A stretch of 64,000 bases of DNA from Octopus sinensis (Eukaryota). The position numbers and the translations under genes were made by a program. The notes beneath the pieces are model-generated. The model saw nothing but the letters and a program-made list of their open reading frames with translations. It was not told the DNA's origin and did not search any database. The stretch's first letter is position 1; each line of letters opens with the position of its first letter. The DNA lies in NCBI RefSeq assembly GCF_006345805.1, contig NC_043025.1:12090001-12154000 (forward strand), in the 5' to 3' direction. This document shows, one piece after another, positions 12,401 through 24,449 of the stretch.

Positions 12401-15126
12401 AAGATGAGCAAATAAAAGGTCTAACACCTTTCTTTTTAGTTTTTGCTGAACACGTTAATGAACAAGTAATTATGTAATCCTGGCAGTGATTTGCTGAAAC
12501 ACGTGTATGTTATACAATGCATAATTTGCTATATACCGTAAATCCTTGAGTATAGTCCGCCCTTGAGTATAATATGCAGGGGATTTTTTGGGGGCTGTAC
12601 CTCTGAGAAACGTAAACCTTGTGTATAATATGCACCCCTTCTCTAATTTGAGTCAAGAAGGTTTATATAACATCCTTGGTTTGTAGTTCTCTATAGCGTC
12701 CAAGAACACTATACTTGTTGTATGTCCTCGCATTGTTGTGTTTTCATTAACTATATATATATGTATGTATATATGTATATGTTTATATATGTGTGTATTA
12801 TATATATATTTGTATTTATGTGTGTATATATACTCATATATATATATATATATATATATATTCACATGCTCATAGTAGCCAAATAATTTCTGCTGTATAT
12901 CCAACTGTAAAATTAAAAGGAAAAAAAAATTTTGATAATATTCCCATGCCATGTTCTTTCTAATTGTTTGAAAATATACAAATATATATATATGTATGTG
13001 TGTAAATTTTTCTTTCTACAGGCCAGCTTCTCGACCAACCTCTCCCGAAAACAATTGGTGAATTCAAAAGTCATCCTTTGTAAGTATTGGTGTCTTTTAC
13101 TAATTAATCTGTGTTTAGCAATGAAGAATTCTGTACATTATTTACATCGGACGAATATGTGTCCTCATCTTGTTTGCTGTTACCACGTTTCGTCTAGTGG
13201 TTCAGAGCACAGGCTACTAACCCCAAGATTCCGATTTAATTTCCAAGCAGTGCCTTAATAATAATAATAAATGCCCTGATGCAGTGGCTCTCGTGGCTTC
13301 TGATTGTAAGTGTCATCATGTACATTGTTCTGTCTGGGTATAAAAGATGCCTTAATAATAATAATAAAGCCCTGATGCAGTACAGGCATTGGCTCTCGTG
13401 GCTTCTGATCTTAACTGATTGGAAGTGTTATCATGTACATTGTTTTGTCTTGGTATAAAAGATGGGCTACAGCAAATATTCTGCTCAATACCACAGATTT
13501 GCTTGTCAGTTGTTTGACCTTAACCAGTTGAGCATGTCCCTTAGTGGCTGACGATATGTGCATCTCTGATCACGAGCAGAAGTAGTGGGGGAGCATCATA
13601 GCCATGTGTTGAGAGGGATTCTTTGGAGTTTCGATAATTCACCTTCGGAAGCATGGGTGGTTCGTTCAACATCCTTAAACAACCCTTATTCAGGGACCTT
13701 TTGAGTGGGATGGGTTACTTCTTACCACAGAGCCATACCTGTTCCTATCTCATACCTGTAATTATCTCATCTTTATCTTCAGGTGTAAATTCTTTCTTGA
13801 AAGCATTCAACCATAGTTTCTTTCACCTTTTTTTAGGTATGCCTTGAAGCGCCACCTCCTCAAGTTCGAAGCTATCTACCCCAACTCTGCAGTACCCCTA
13901 GGGTTCATTAGAAACGAACCAATTTATGCCAGAGAATGTGTGGTCCAGGTAAAGATGAAAATTCTAAATTATTAGGTCATAAGTTCAAGTCTTATCTACA
14001 GATATTGTTTAGCCCCAATCAGCCCTTATTGTAGAGCTGTGACCAAGGGCCTATTTGTTTGTCAGTCTATCTTTTCCATCGACCACTACTGCTTAACTTC
14101 CCAAGCTAACTTGTCATATCTCTCGACTTTTCTTCTTCATCACTTTGCTATTCATCTTTTCAGGGTCAATAAATTAAGTACCCTTGAAACACTGGGTGTC
14201 GATATAACTGACTAGTCCCCACCCCACAATTTGGGGCCTCCCATAGAAATGATTGTTGCTGTTGTTATTATTATTATTCACCAAGGTTGACTTTGCCTCT
14301 CATCCTTTAAGGATTGAATTTGAAAGCAACATTAAATACCTATTTCTTTACTACCCACAAGGGGCTAAACACAGAGAGGATAGACACACAGATTACGTCG
14401 ACCTCGGCGGAATTTGAACTCGGAACGTAACGGCAGACGAAAAACTGCTAAGCATTTCACCTGGCATGCTAACGATTCTGCCAGCTCGACACCTTCATTT
14501 GAAAGCAATATTAAATTTAATTAAATATTTTATTTCAGTTACATGCCCGGGAGACATGGATGAAAGAAGGAAGATGCGTGAAGGTCAGTGAACATCTTGG
14601 AACTTACTTCTAACCAGAAATATAAAGGGAGATTATGTGTGAGGGGGAGAGAGAGAGAGCGGAGAAGATGGAGAGATGTGCCATATTAGGAGCAATAGAT
14701 GGAGAGCTAGAGTAGATGTTGTGTGAGGGGGAGAGAGAGAAGGACAGGCTGGGGGGAGATGAACAGATGTGCCATATTAGGAAGAGATGAAAATAATGCA
14801 ATGGGGAGACGGGGAGAGGGAGAGATAGACATACAAAGGAGGGTAGGGAGATATAGAGTAAGACAGACAGGAGCAGTGTTAAGGAGAGAGAGAGAGACTA
14901 AAATATTGGGTTGTCCGGAAAGTTCGTGGCAATGTATACTCTTTTACTTGTTTCAGTCATTTGACTGCGGCCATGCTGGAGCACCGCCTTTAATCGAGCA
15001 ACTCGACCCCGGGACTTACTCTTTTGTAAGCCCAGTACTTATTCTATCGGTCTCTTTTGCCAAACTGCTAAGTGGCGGGGACGTAAACACACCAGCATCG
15101 GTTGTCAAGCAATGCTAGGGGGACAA

Positions 15127-15161
<35 letters not shown>

Positions 15162-17449
15162 CGACGGGCTTCTTTCAGTTTCCGTCTACCAAATCCACTC
15201 ACAAGGTTTTGGTAGGCCCGAGGCTATAGTAGAAGACACTTGTCCAAGATGCCACGCAGTGGGACTGAACCGAGAACCATGTGGTTAGTAAGCAAGCTAC
15301 TTACGACACAGCCACACCTGTGCCTATATATATATATATATATATATACGACGGGCTTCTTTCAGTTTCCATCTACCAAATCCACTCACAAGGCATTTGT
15401 CGGCCCGAGGCTATAGCAGAAGACACTTGCCCAAGATGCCACGCAGTGGGACTGAACCCGGAACCATGTGGTTGGTTAGCAAGCTACTTACGACACAACC
15501 ACTCCTGCACCTGTATATGTGTGTAAGAGAGAGAGAGAGTGACACTGTATGTGAGACAGCCGGACTGACAGAGGTTGTATGTGTGTGCATGTTTTGTTAC
15601 ATAGATCTCACTGTGAGTATTTTTCATTTCCTTTAGATTGGTGAAGAACCTTACAAGATGGTGAAGTCCAGGCCGAAATGGGTAACTATTCTTTACTTTC
15701 TCTTACACACACAACACAAATCTGCTGGGTTTGTGACCTAATTAGAAATTATACTGGCCCCTTTTCAAAATTTCAGGCCTTGTACCCGCAGTCATCATCA
15801 TCGTTTAACGTCCGTTTTCCGCACTAGCATGGGTTGGACGGTTCAACTGGGGTCTGGGAAGCCAGGCTCCAGTCTGATCTGGCAGTGTTTCTACAGCTGG
15901 ATGCCCTTCCTAACACCAACCACTCCGAGAGTGTAGTGGGTGCTTTTTATGTGCCAGACGAGGCTGGCAACGGCCACAATCGGATGGTGCTTTTTACATG
16001 CCACCGGCACGGAGACCAGTCGGGGCAGCGCTGGCAACGGCCACATTCGGATAGTCCTCGTATGTGCCACCGGCACTGGTATCTCAGCTACAATTTCCAT
16101 TGATGTTGAACGATTTCGTATTTGATAGAGGTTTATTCCATTGTGGAACACAATTCCTGTCCTTAGAAAGTATGGCTAATATTTCTTTCAAACTTTACTT
16201 TTGTTACAGTATTTATTCAAGCCACTTACCTTTTGACCGACAGATTTAAAAAATAATTTTTTGCAAACTAAACACTTTCAAACTTCAGACACTGGTAGAA
16301 TGTGTCATATAAAACATCTTTTACTCTTAGCATTTTTGAGAAAAATTTATATTTACGAAGTAATTTCACATTAAAGTTCTCGTATTTTTGGTAATTTCAA
16401 CCAATCAATGACGTGTATTTAGCTGAATAAAATTACTGCTGTTGTTTGTCAACAGGAACTTCCAGCGGTGTATATTTTGTTTGTCACGGTTATTTATGAT
16501 AACCCTAATCCTAAATACCTTAAACCTAAACCCCTTCACCTTAAAACCAGTACAAACGCACGAACGATGTCATAAATAACAGTGACAAACGAAAGATACA
16601 CCACCGATAGTTTTATTCAGCTGAATACACGTCATTGATTGGTTGAAATTACCAAAATAGGACAACTTTAACAAGAAATAACTCCGTAAATATAAGTTTT
16701 TCTCAAAAACACTAAGAGTAAAAGATGTTTTATATGACATATTCTACCAATGTCCGAAGTTTGAAAGTGTTTAGTTACAAAAAATTATTTTCTAAATCTG
16801 TCAGTCAAAAGGTAAAGATCCCATTGTTGTTGTGGCTGTTTATTTATTTCAAATCTAATTCCAGAATAAACCAAAAGAAAATCCTGACATTCCAGACCTT
16901 GAAGTTTTTGGTTTCTGGCAGACCGAAGTCTATGTTCCCCCTCCAGCTGTCAATGTGAGTGCACCTCTGAAGAATTTGTCACCACCTCCCCATATATAAA
17001 GTGTATATATCGATATTTGAATATATATGTGTGTGTATATATATATATATATATACTCTTTTACTTGTTTCAGTCATTTGACTGCGGCCATGCTGGAGCA
17101 CCGCCTTTAGTCAATCAAATCGACCCCGCGACTTATTCTTTTTGTAAGCCCAGTACTTATTCTATCGGTCTCTTTTGCCGAACCGCTAAGTGACGGGGAC
17201 GTAAACACACCAGCATCAGTTGTCAAGCAATGCTAGGGGGACAAACACACACACACACACATACATATATATGACAGGCTCCTTTCAGTTTCCGTCTACC
17301 AAATCCACTCACAAGGCATTGGTCAGCCTGGGTCTATAGCAGAAGACACTTGCCCAAGATGCCACGCAGTGGGACTGAACCCAGAACCATGTGGTTGGTT
17401 AGCAAGCTACTTACCACACAGCCACTCCTGCGCCTATATATATATATAT

Positions 17450-17481
<32 letters not shown>

Positions 17482-20400
17482 GACAGGCTTCTTTCAGTTT
17501 CCGTCTACCAAATCCACTCACAAGGCTTTGGTCGGCCCGAGGCTATGGTAGAAGACACTTGCCCAAGATGCCACGCAGTGGGACTGAACCCGGAACCATG
17601 TGGCTGGTTAGCAAGCTACTTACCACACAGCCACTCCTGTATACATAATGCGTATATATGTGGTCGGATTGAGCTGCAAATTTGCACACCTATGTTAAAA
17701 GTGCTGGCGAGTTTGCATAGTATTTTCAGTTTGCTCATTTGAAACGCGTGGCCTCCAGAGCAACATTCTTCATCTTTTAAAATGTGGCCCGCGTAGACCC
17801 GAATGAAACCGGGTTATAATACCGAAACAAGTAAAACAATAATAAACTATTTTGATCCCCGAGCAAGGCCGGGTTTGTCTTCTAGTATATATATAAAATG
17901 AATGCATATCTCTCTAATTCTAGGGTAAAATCCCCCGTAATGAATATGGGAATGTTGAGCTGTATAAACCATCCATGTTACCAGGAGGAACGGTCCATTT
18001 GACAGGTTTGTCTCTCTTTTCTTGTTTTGTATATGTATATATATATACACTCATGCACTCTTCTTTCAGTTTCTTATTTCTTTAGGGGCTACACACAGAA
18101 GGGACACTATGTTCCTGAGACACACAGTCTAATACATATATATATATATATATATCTTCCCTACTATCCCATTAGCGTCTGACTTCTGCTGAAATCAGAA
18201 TGCCATGTTGGTTCGTTAGCTCCTACATGCATTTTTTTTCTCTCCTTGTTTCTTCTCTGTGTATCTTTCTGTCGAAGAGCGTAGGCTCGAAACGTAAAAG
18301 ACTTGTTTTATTTCTATTCCTGAAAGCCATACTAATACAATTGTTTGTTTGTACTCCACGTGCCTTTGTCTTTTGTTTATTTTTGTAAACCTTCCCGTTA
18401 TATATATATATGTATAATAATATACGTATAATAATATATATATGTATAATAATATTATACGCATCTATTACAATTTTTCTGAATTTTCAGATTTTTCTAT
18501 ATGCTAGGCTACTGGTTTTAAATTGATGTTAATTAAATTAATATTCAGTTTATCACCCTCATTATTTAAATTTACATATATATACACACACACATACAAA
18601 GTAAACAATTGCCCTGTCACTCCCTCTCTCATTCTTATACGTCTTTGTTGTCTCTCAATCTCTCTTATCCTTTCTTGCCCTTCACACTTACATTCTTTTG
18701 CTCACCAGAACCAGGCCTCAATCGTGTTGCTAGGAAGCTGGGTTTGGACTGTGCCGCTGCAATGGTCGGCTGGGACTTCCATGGTGGATCTTCGCATCCT
18801 GTGTAAGTTCATTTCATTTCATTATTGTTGGTGTTGTTGTTCAAGTCTATGTCAGTTGTGTACCTCTTTATTTTGTTGTTGAGATTAAATACTTGCCATT
18901 ACATTTTTAAGCCTTTTGTTACCATATTTCTGCTGAGATGCTCTGTATTACTTTAAATATAACAAAGAATTTAGTAAAATAACTTAGTTATCATTCAGCT
19001 AGTGTCAGAGACCATTAATTGTGACTAAGGTTTGGTGGAAGATTTTCATTCAGAACTTTTGAAAACAAGACATTTGTACTCAGAACCAGAGCCAGGTTGG
19101 TATCAAAAGGGTTAAGAATTGTTTCTCTATTATATATTTTAACCCAAGGACAGAAATCTCGTTACACAGTGTAATTAATAACAGGGTCTTTTTCTAATGA
19201 TTATTTCAGATTTGATGGTTGGATTGTGTGTGTTGAACACAAGGAGAAAGTTCTGGCTGAATGGCACAAAGAACAACAACTTGCCAAAGAAAGGGAAACT
19301 GCGGTAAATATGAATTTATTTTGTTATATCTCCTCAATATCATTGCCATCTGTGTTTCCATACTGAATGTATGTACAGAGTTGATAGGCAAGTTACTGCA
19401 GTTTTTGTCCAAGATACAATCTCTTATAAACTTACTGTATTTAACCAACACAAGTGATGGTGGGGGTGAGAAACACATACTTATAAATATATACGATGGG
19501 CTTCTTTCAGTTTCCGTCTACCAAATCCACTCACAAGGCTTTGGTCAGCCCAAGGCTATAGTAGAAGACACATGCCCAAGGTGCCTCACAGTGGGACGGA
19601 ACCATGTGGTTGGTAAGCAAGCTACTTACCACACAGCCACGTTGTGCCTATATACATACATACATACATACATATATATGTGTGTGTGTGTATATATATA
19701 TATATGTGTATATGTATGTATATATTCTTTTACTTGTTTCTGTCATTTGACTGTGGCCATGCTGGAGCACCACCTTTAGTTGAGCAAATTGAACCCAGGA
19801 CTTATTCTTTGTAAGCCTCGTACTTATTCTATCGGTCTCTTTTGTCGAACCACTAAGTTACGGGGAAGTAAACACACCAGTCTTGGATGTCAAGTGATGT
19901 TGGTGGGGACAAACATACGCGATGGGTTTCTATCTGCCAAATCTATTCTGAAGGCTGTGGTTGGCCCGAGGCTGTAGTAGAAGACACTTGCCCAAGGTGC
20001 CACGCAGTGGGACTGAACCATGTGATTGGTAAACAAGATACTTACCACACAGCTACCCTTGTGCCTATGTGTATTTGTTTTTTGTAAAATCTGTCCAATT
20101 TTACTGTTGTTTTACTTTTTATTGTTGTTATCTGTTTGACAGAAACGAGAAAAGCGTATCTATGGAAACTGGAAGAAGCTTATCCGTGGTCTGCGAATTC
20201 GCGAAGCCTTGAAGAGGAAATACGACTTGCAGGTATGGATTTATCTATTTCCTTAGGTGATACGTAAAAGACACCCTGTACACTCTCTGGAATGGTGGCC
20301 ATTTTAGGAAGGGCATTCAGCCAAATCTGATTGGAACCTGGTGCAGCTCTCTGGTTTACCAGCTCCAGTCATACTGTCCAACCCATGCCAATATGGGAAA

Positions 20401-21402
20401 CAGATATTAAATAATGATGACACAGGTGGATGTGTGGTTAAGAACCTTACTCCCCAATCACGTGGCTTTGGGTTCAGTCCCACTGCATGATACCTTGGGC
20501 AAGTGTCTATTATAGCCCTTGACCAACTGAAGCCTTGTGAGTAGATTTGGTAGACAGAAACTGTAAGGAGCTGGCAGAAACGTTACCACGCCGGGCGAAA
20601 TGCTTAGCGGTCTCTCATCTGCCGTTATGTTCTGAGTTCAAATTCTGCCAAGGTCGACTTTGCCTTTCATTCTTTCGGGGTCGATAAATTAAGTACCAGT
20701 TACGCACTGGGGTCAATGTATTCAACTTAATACCTATGTCTGTCCTTGTTTGTCCCTTCTATGTTTAGCCCCTTGTGGGTAGTAAAGAAATAGGTATTTT
20801 GTCTGCCACTACGTTCCGAGTTCAAATTCCACCTAGGTCGACTTTACCTTTCATCCTTTCGGGGTCGATATAATCAACTTAATACCTATGTTTGTCCCCT
20901 CTATGTTTAGCCCCTTGTGGGTTTTAAAGAAATCAAGGCGGCGAGCTGGCAGAACTGTTATCATACCAGGCGAAATGCTTCGCAGTATTTCGTCTGCCGC
21001 TACGTTCTGAGTTCAAATTTTGCCGAGGTCAACTTTGCCTTTCATCCTTGCCTTCAGAAATTGATGGCCTTGTGCCAAAATTTGAAACTGTTGTTGTTAT
21101 TATTATTTTTGATTGTTAAGGAACCTGAAGACTTCGAAGAAATTCAAGCAGAAGAGACAAAAGATAAAAATACTCAGAGTGTTGCTAAGTCTACCTTGGT
21201 TGCTACTGTCGACGATGGCGATGAGGAGGATGATGATGACGACGATGATGATTATCAACCAAAGAATCGGCAGAAACCCTCTAAAAGAAAATCTCCCGCT
21301 ACAAAAACCAAGGCGTCGGAAGAGGACGAGGAAATGTCGCCATCAGCGAAGAAGAAGAAAAAATCAACAGCAAAAACAAAAGCAATAAAAAAGAAGAAAT
21401 AA
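2372..21402 (+). CDS. XPC: DNA repair protein complementing XP-C cells (XPC/Rad4), 21 coding exons, about 1154 aa
   Basis: Hand-spliced join: 2372-3497, 4253-4349, 4812-4899, 6046-6261, 6663-6731, 7895-7978, 8787-9124, 9845-10002, 11271-11321, 11831-11923, 12266-12418, 13022-13079, 13837-13948, 14539-14583, 15637-15681, 16865-16954, 17924-18005, 18709-18802, 19210-19303, 20143-20232, 21121-21402. Total 3465 nt; all junctions GT-AG with matching phases. XPC-type motifs: SAWEEVA, THK|[176 protein letters not shown]. The ATG at 2372 directly follows a TTTCAG acceptor, so an upstream exon is possible. Confidence 0.95.
6797..7445 (+). mobile_element. tRNA-derived SINE family D, tandem dimer in XPC intron 5
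   Basis: Head GAGGCACAATGGCCCAATGGTTAGGGCAGC..GGTTTCGATTCCCAGACC at 6799 and 7140 (unit about 340 bp). Other copies at 4490-4740(+) and 60390-60675(-). Confidence 0.75.
16226..16815. mobile_element. Long-TIR MITE (foldback) in XPC intron 15, TA-flanked
   Basis: TA-CCTTTTGACCGACAGATTT ... AAATCTGTCAGTCAAAAGG-TA; imperfect arms of about 260 bp and a CCCTAA-like centre. Related arms at 28440-28580, 51065-51130 and 55030-55730. Confidence 0.8.
18170..18390 (+). mobile_element. Solo PLE terminal repeat in XPC intron 17
   Basis: Aligns by eye with 29900-30075 (CGTTAGCTCCTAC..CTTTCTGTCGAAGAGCGTAGGCTCGAAACGT..CCATACTAATACA..AAACCTTCCCGTTATATA). Confidence 0.7.
18264..18301 (+). ncRNA. Hammerhead-like fold with variant core (CUGUCGA-A) in a PLE terminal repeat
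   Basis: TCTTT-CTGTCGA-A-GAGC-GTAG-GCTC-GAA-ACGT-A-AAAGA. Perfect 5-bp stem I and 4-bp stem II; palindromic ACGT. Related copies at 29947-29982 (+) and 34085-34122 (-). Confidence 0.55.
20570..21050 (+). mobile_element. tRNA-derived SINE family B (central GCCTTTCATCCTTTCGGGGTCGATAAATTAAGTACC domain); tandem cluster
   Basis: GAGCTGGCAGAAACGTTA..GTTCAAATTCCGCCGAGGTCGACTTTGCCTTTCATCC..AGCCCCTTGTGGGTAGTAAAGAAATAGG. Other copies at about 3820-4200, 5425-5610, 14335-14490(-), 22650-22845(-), 36095-36210, 43290-43675(-), 45900-46085(-), 53020-53225(-), 54250-54465(-). The resemblance to the MetaSINE domain is from memory only. Confidence 0.75.
21121..21402 (+). CDS. XPC: XPC last coding exon (acidic/basic tail)
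   Basis: Acceptor TTAAG ending at 21120, phase 0 after KRKYDLQ; reads EPEDFEEIQ...AIKKKK to stop TAA at 21400-21402. Confidence 0.8.
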   Translation, partial: EPEDFEEIQAEETKDKNTQSVAKSTLVATVDDGDEEDDDDDDDDYQPKNRQKPSKRKSPATKTKASEEDEEMSPSAKKKKKSTAKTKAIKKKK

Positions 21403-21879
21403 CAACAAAAAAAAGAAAGATGCTTCTCTTGCACCCACTGAAATCTGGGTCCATGGAAGGAATGACTTTTGAAGATCAACTCAGGGTCGGCTTCTGTTGG
21501 GTTGCCATGCCATAACGACATTTATCATACATTTCAGATTTATCACACGGACATCAGTTTTATTTTTTTAAAATATTCTTATTTGGGGTGGTTTTTATTC
21601 TTGTCATTTTATATTTTGTTTTTATTAATTATTGTTATGTTGTTGCGGCAGAATTTGTAGACGGAACAAAATGTCTTTTGGTATTTTGTTACGGTTTTTT
21701 AATTAACCTTCATCTTTCTGTTCTTGATTAAAGCTGATTATTTCATCTCCTTTCTGTGTTGTGCCTTTACTGATTGTTATTATCATTGCTAATGGTGTAT
21801 AGCCATCAATAAGCTCTGCTTAAGAAGATACGTACGTGCATGCATACATATATGTGCATGCCTTTCCCCCCTTGGACAC

Positions 21880-22600
21880 ACAAAGACCTGTTGAGGCAAG
21901 CGAAGGCGATATCGAACCTCATCCGACAACAGGCACCTATGGCAACCCCCTTGCTTGCGAAGACCTGTTGGGGCAAGTGAAATCGAAATTGAACCAATCC
22001 TATGACTGGCAGATGCCAGGGTCCTGGGACTGGAGGTACGTAAAAAGCACTCTGACTCGTGGCCGATGCCAGCGCCGCCTCGACTGGCTTCCGTGTCGGT
22101 GGCACGTAAAAAGCACCATCCGGATCGTAGCCGAAGCCAGTGCCGCCTCGACTGGCTTCCGTGTCGGTGGCACGTAAAAAGCACCATCCGGATCGTAGCC
22201 GAAGCCAGTGCCGCCTAGACTGGCTTCCGTGTCGGTGGCACGTAAAAAGCACCATCCGGATTGAAGCCAGTGCCGCCTAGACTGGCTTCCGTGTCGGTGG
22301 CACGTAAAAAGCACCATCCGGATTGAAGCCAGTGCCGCCTCGACTGGCTTCCGTGTCGGTGGCACGTAAAAAGCACCATCCGAAGCCAGTGCCGCCTTGA
22401 CTGGCTTCCATAAAATGCACCAGTGCAGGTGGCACGTAAAAAGCACCCACTACACTCGCGGAGTGGTTGGCGTTAGGAAGGGCATCCAGCTGTAGAAACT
22501 TTTTCAGATAAGACTGGAGCCTGGTGCTGGCTTCCCAGATCCCCGGTCGAACCGTCCAACCCATGCTAGCATGGAGAACGGACGTTGAACGATGATGACA
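21880..22600 (+). mobile_element. RTE 3' UTR-derived insertion with an internal roughly 60-bp minisatellite
   Basis: About 6-7 units of GTGGCACGTAAAAAGCACCATCCGGAT..GAAGCCAGTGCCGCCT.GACTGGCTTCCGTGTCG, then the GTTGGCGTTAGGAAGGGCATCC 3' end and a (GAT)n tail. Homologues at 10465-11050(-), 15795-16120(-), 46135-46620(+), 51900-52390(-), 54465-54730(+), 62930-63495(+). Confidence 0.8.
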
Positions 22601-22984
22601 CACATAGGTAACACACGTGCTGGTGCATCCAGGTCAGACAATGTATATACTTCTTTATTGCCCACAAGGGGCTAAACAAAGGAATTTAGTCGATTATATC
22701 AACCCCAGTGCGTAACTGGTACTTATTTTATTGACCCCGAAAGGATGAAAAGCAAAGTGAACCTCGGTGGAATTTCAGCTCAGAATGTAACAGCATACGA
22801 AATATCTATTTCTTTACTACCCACAAGGGGCTAACATAGAGGGCACAGGCAACTTTTGGACCACCCTGTAGTTTTCTTAATGACTAAGTGGTACCTTGTT
22901 AAAGGCTTATTCCAGTCAACTAATGTTTAGTGACTGAAAGCATTATTTGTACTCCTTCCCGGCACAAACCCAGAGCATTTTTAT

Positions 22985-23210
22985 CCTTAAAGCTGGCTGT
23001 GGTAATTATCTCTCTCTATATAAAGCTGAAGTTGTGTGTGTGGCAGGTTTGACAGCCTTCAACTAACACTATCTCCTCCGAGACCCTGCGGCACAAGTTG
23101 ACCAAAATTGAGAGTATGATAGAAGAAGGCTTGCTCTTCCTTCTGTAGAGGAAAAAATTCAAATTGGACCATGTTAACACCAAAAATTATTTACATCAAA
23201 AAGGTGTGTG
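22985..23210 (+). repeat. Interspersed repeat with a Helitron-like 5' part; inverted copy at about 41725-41965
   Basis: TCTATATATAAAGCTGAAGTTG..CAACTAACACTATCTCCTCCGAGACCCT..CAAGTTGACCAAAATTGAGAGTATGATAGAAGAAGGCTTGCTCTTCC is shared in opposite orientation. Confidence 0.6.
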
Positions 23211-23884
23211 GGGTGGGGGTCTATGAAAATCCCTATTTTTTTTGACTGCTGTGTCACCATTTTTCAGTGTGTTTCAACCAGAAAAATGTTCACTTAAAGA
23301 GAATGACAAGCTACATAATGCAAAATTTTTACTTTCCAAAAATTCCAATTCTAAAGGGTCGAAACAAACCCGAGCAACACCAGGCGATACTGCTAGTATT
23401 AGTAAAAGTGGTGGATGAGGTTGTAGGGAATCTGGTAGCAGAAATAGAGGTGGTTGTAATATGGTGATGGGTGTAATTTCAGCAAAGGTTCTGAACTGTG
23501 CCAGCTGCGGCACTTGACCATGATAGCTGTCACTTCTGTTATTAATAGAAGAGAGTAGGAATAAGACGAAGATGGGGGGGGGGAGAACGAAGGAGGAAAG
23601 ACGAGAAAGTTAAAGAAGAAGGAAAGACGAAGAAAAGAGAGGACAGGAGGAGGAAGAAGAGAAGACAAGGATGGATGAAGAAAAGAAAGAACGAGGGAGG
23701 ATGAGGAGAAAGCTAAGAAAGAGAGGACAGGAGAACAAAGAGGAGGAAGAAGAAAAGAAAGAACGAAGACACGAGGGGAGGAGGAAGAAAGAGAACGAGA
23801 GAGGAGAAAGGTGAAGGAGGAAGCTAAGGAAGAACGAAGAAAAAAAAAAAGAACGAAGACACGGGGGGGGGAGAGAAAGCTGTA

Positions 23885-24378
23885 GGTACCGGAAGCGGTG
23901 AACTTCCTCGATTAGTCCCTTCTGCATCATCTGCCCGTTGGTCGGCGCATAATATGACAAATTACCCGAGTTGTCTCCCTTGGTGGAAAAATTTACGACA
24001 AGCAACGCCATTTTTTTTCCCCCACCACTAATTTTCATTACAGAACCTTTGACACATACACACACCTATATACACGCGTATATATACACATATCTGTCTG
24101 CCTACGAACACATATACACACCTAGATACACATATACCCGTATATACGTACATCTATGCCTGCTACGGTGCGTTGATCGCGAATTACATACTCCCACACT
24201 TCCCACAATACGTCTTTATGTCTTAGCAGAGAGAATCCCTTTCTTCTTTCGTCCCCTTCTACGTCTTAACACATGTTCCGATGTCGTTAGGCTCGGACGG
24301 AGGTCTTACACGAAGCCAACGGCCAAGCTTCTGCCTCTGCTCGACGGATTGATGTCGGCCCATGCTGGAGGTTACTAC
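23885..24378 (+). promoter_or_regulatory. Candidate promoter/non-coding first exon, possibly of the zinc-finger gene
   Basis: Locally CpG-richer unique sequence with ETS-like CCGGAAGC and ACTTCCTC, YY1-like CGCCATTTT, and a GTGAGT donor at 24379. The link to the acceptor at 36776 is inference. Confidence 0.3.
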
Positions 24379-24449
24379 GTGAGTTACATATACGTCTATT
24401 CTTTATTACATTGTGGTTGTACAACATATATTTATATATATGTGTGTAG

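Noticed and set aside
22060-22445. CRISPR-like look of the conserved GTGGCACGTAAAAAGCACC core with intervening sequence
   Set aside because: The intervening sequences are near-identical within an array, there are no cas genes, the context is eukaryotic, and the array lies in an RTE 3' UTR.
23560-23880. Purine-rich tract and its Ser/Phe/Leu-rich antisense ORFs
   Set aside because: Low-complexity GA repeat with no coding evidence.
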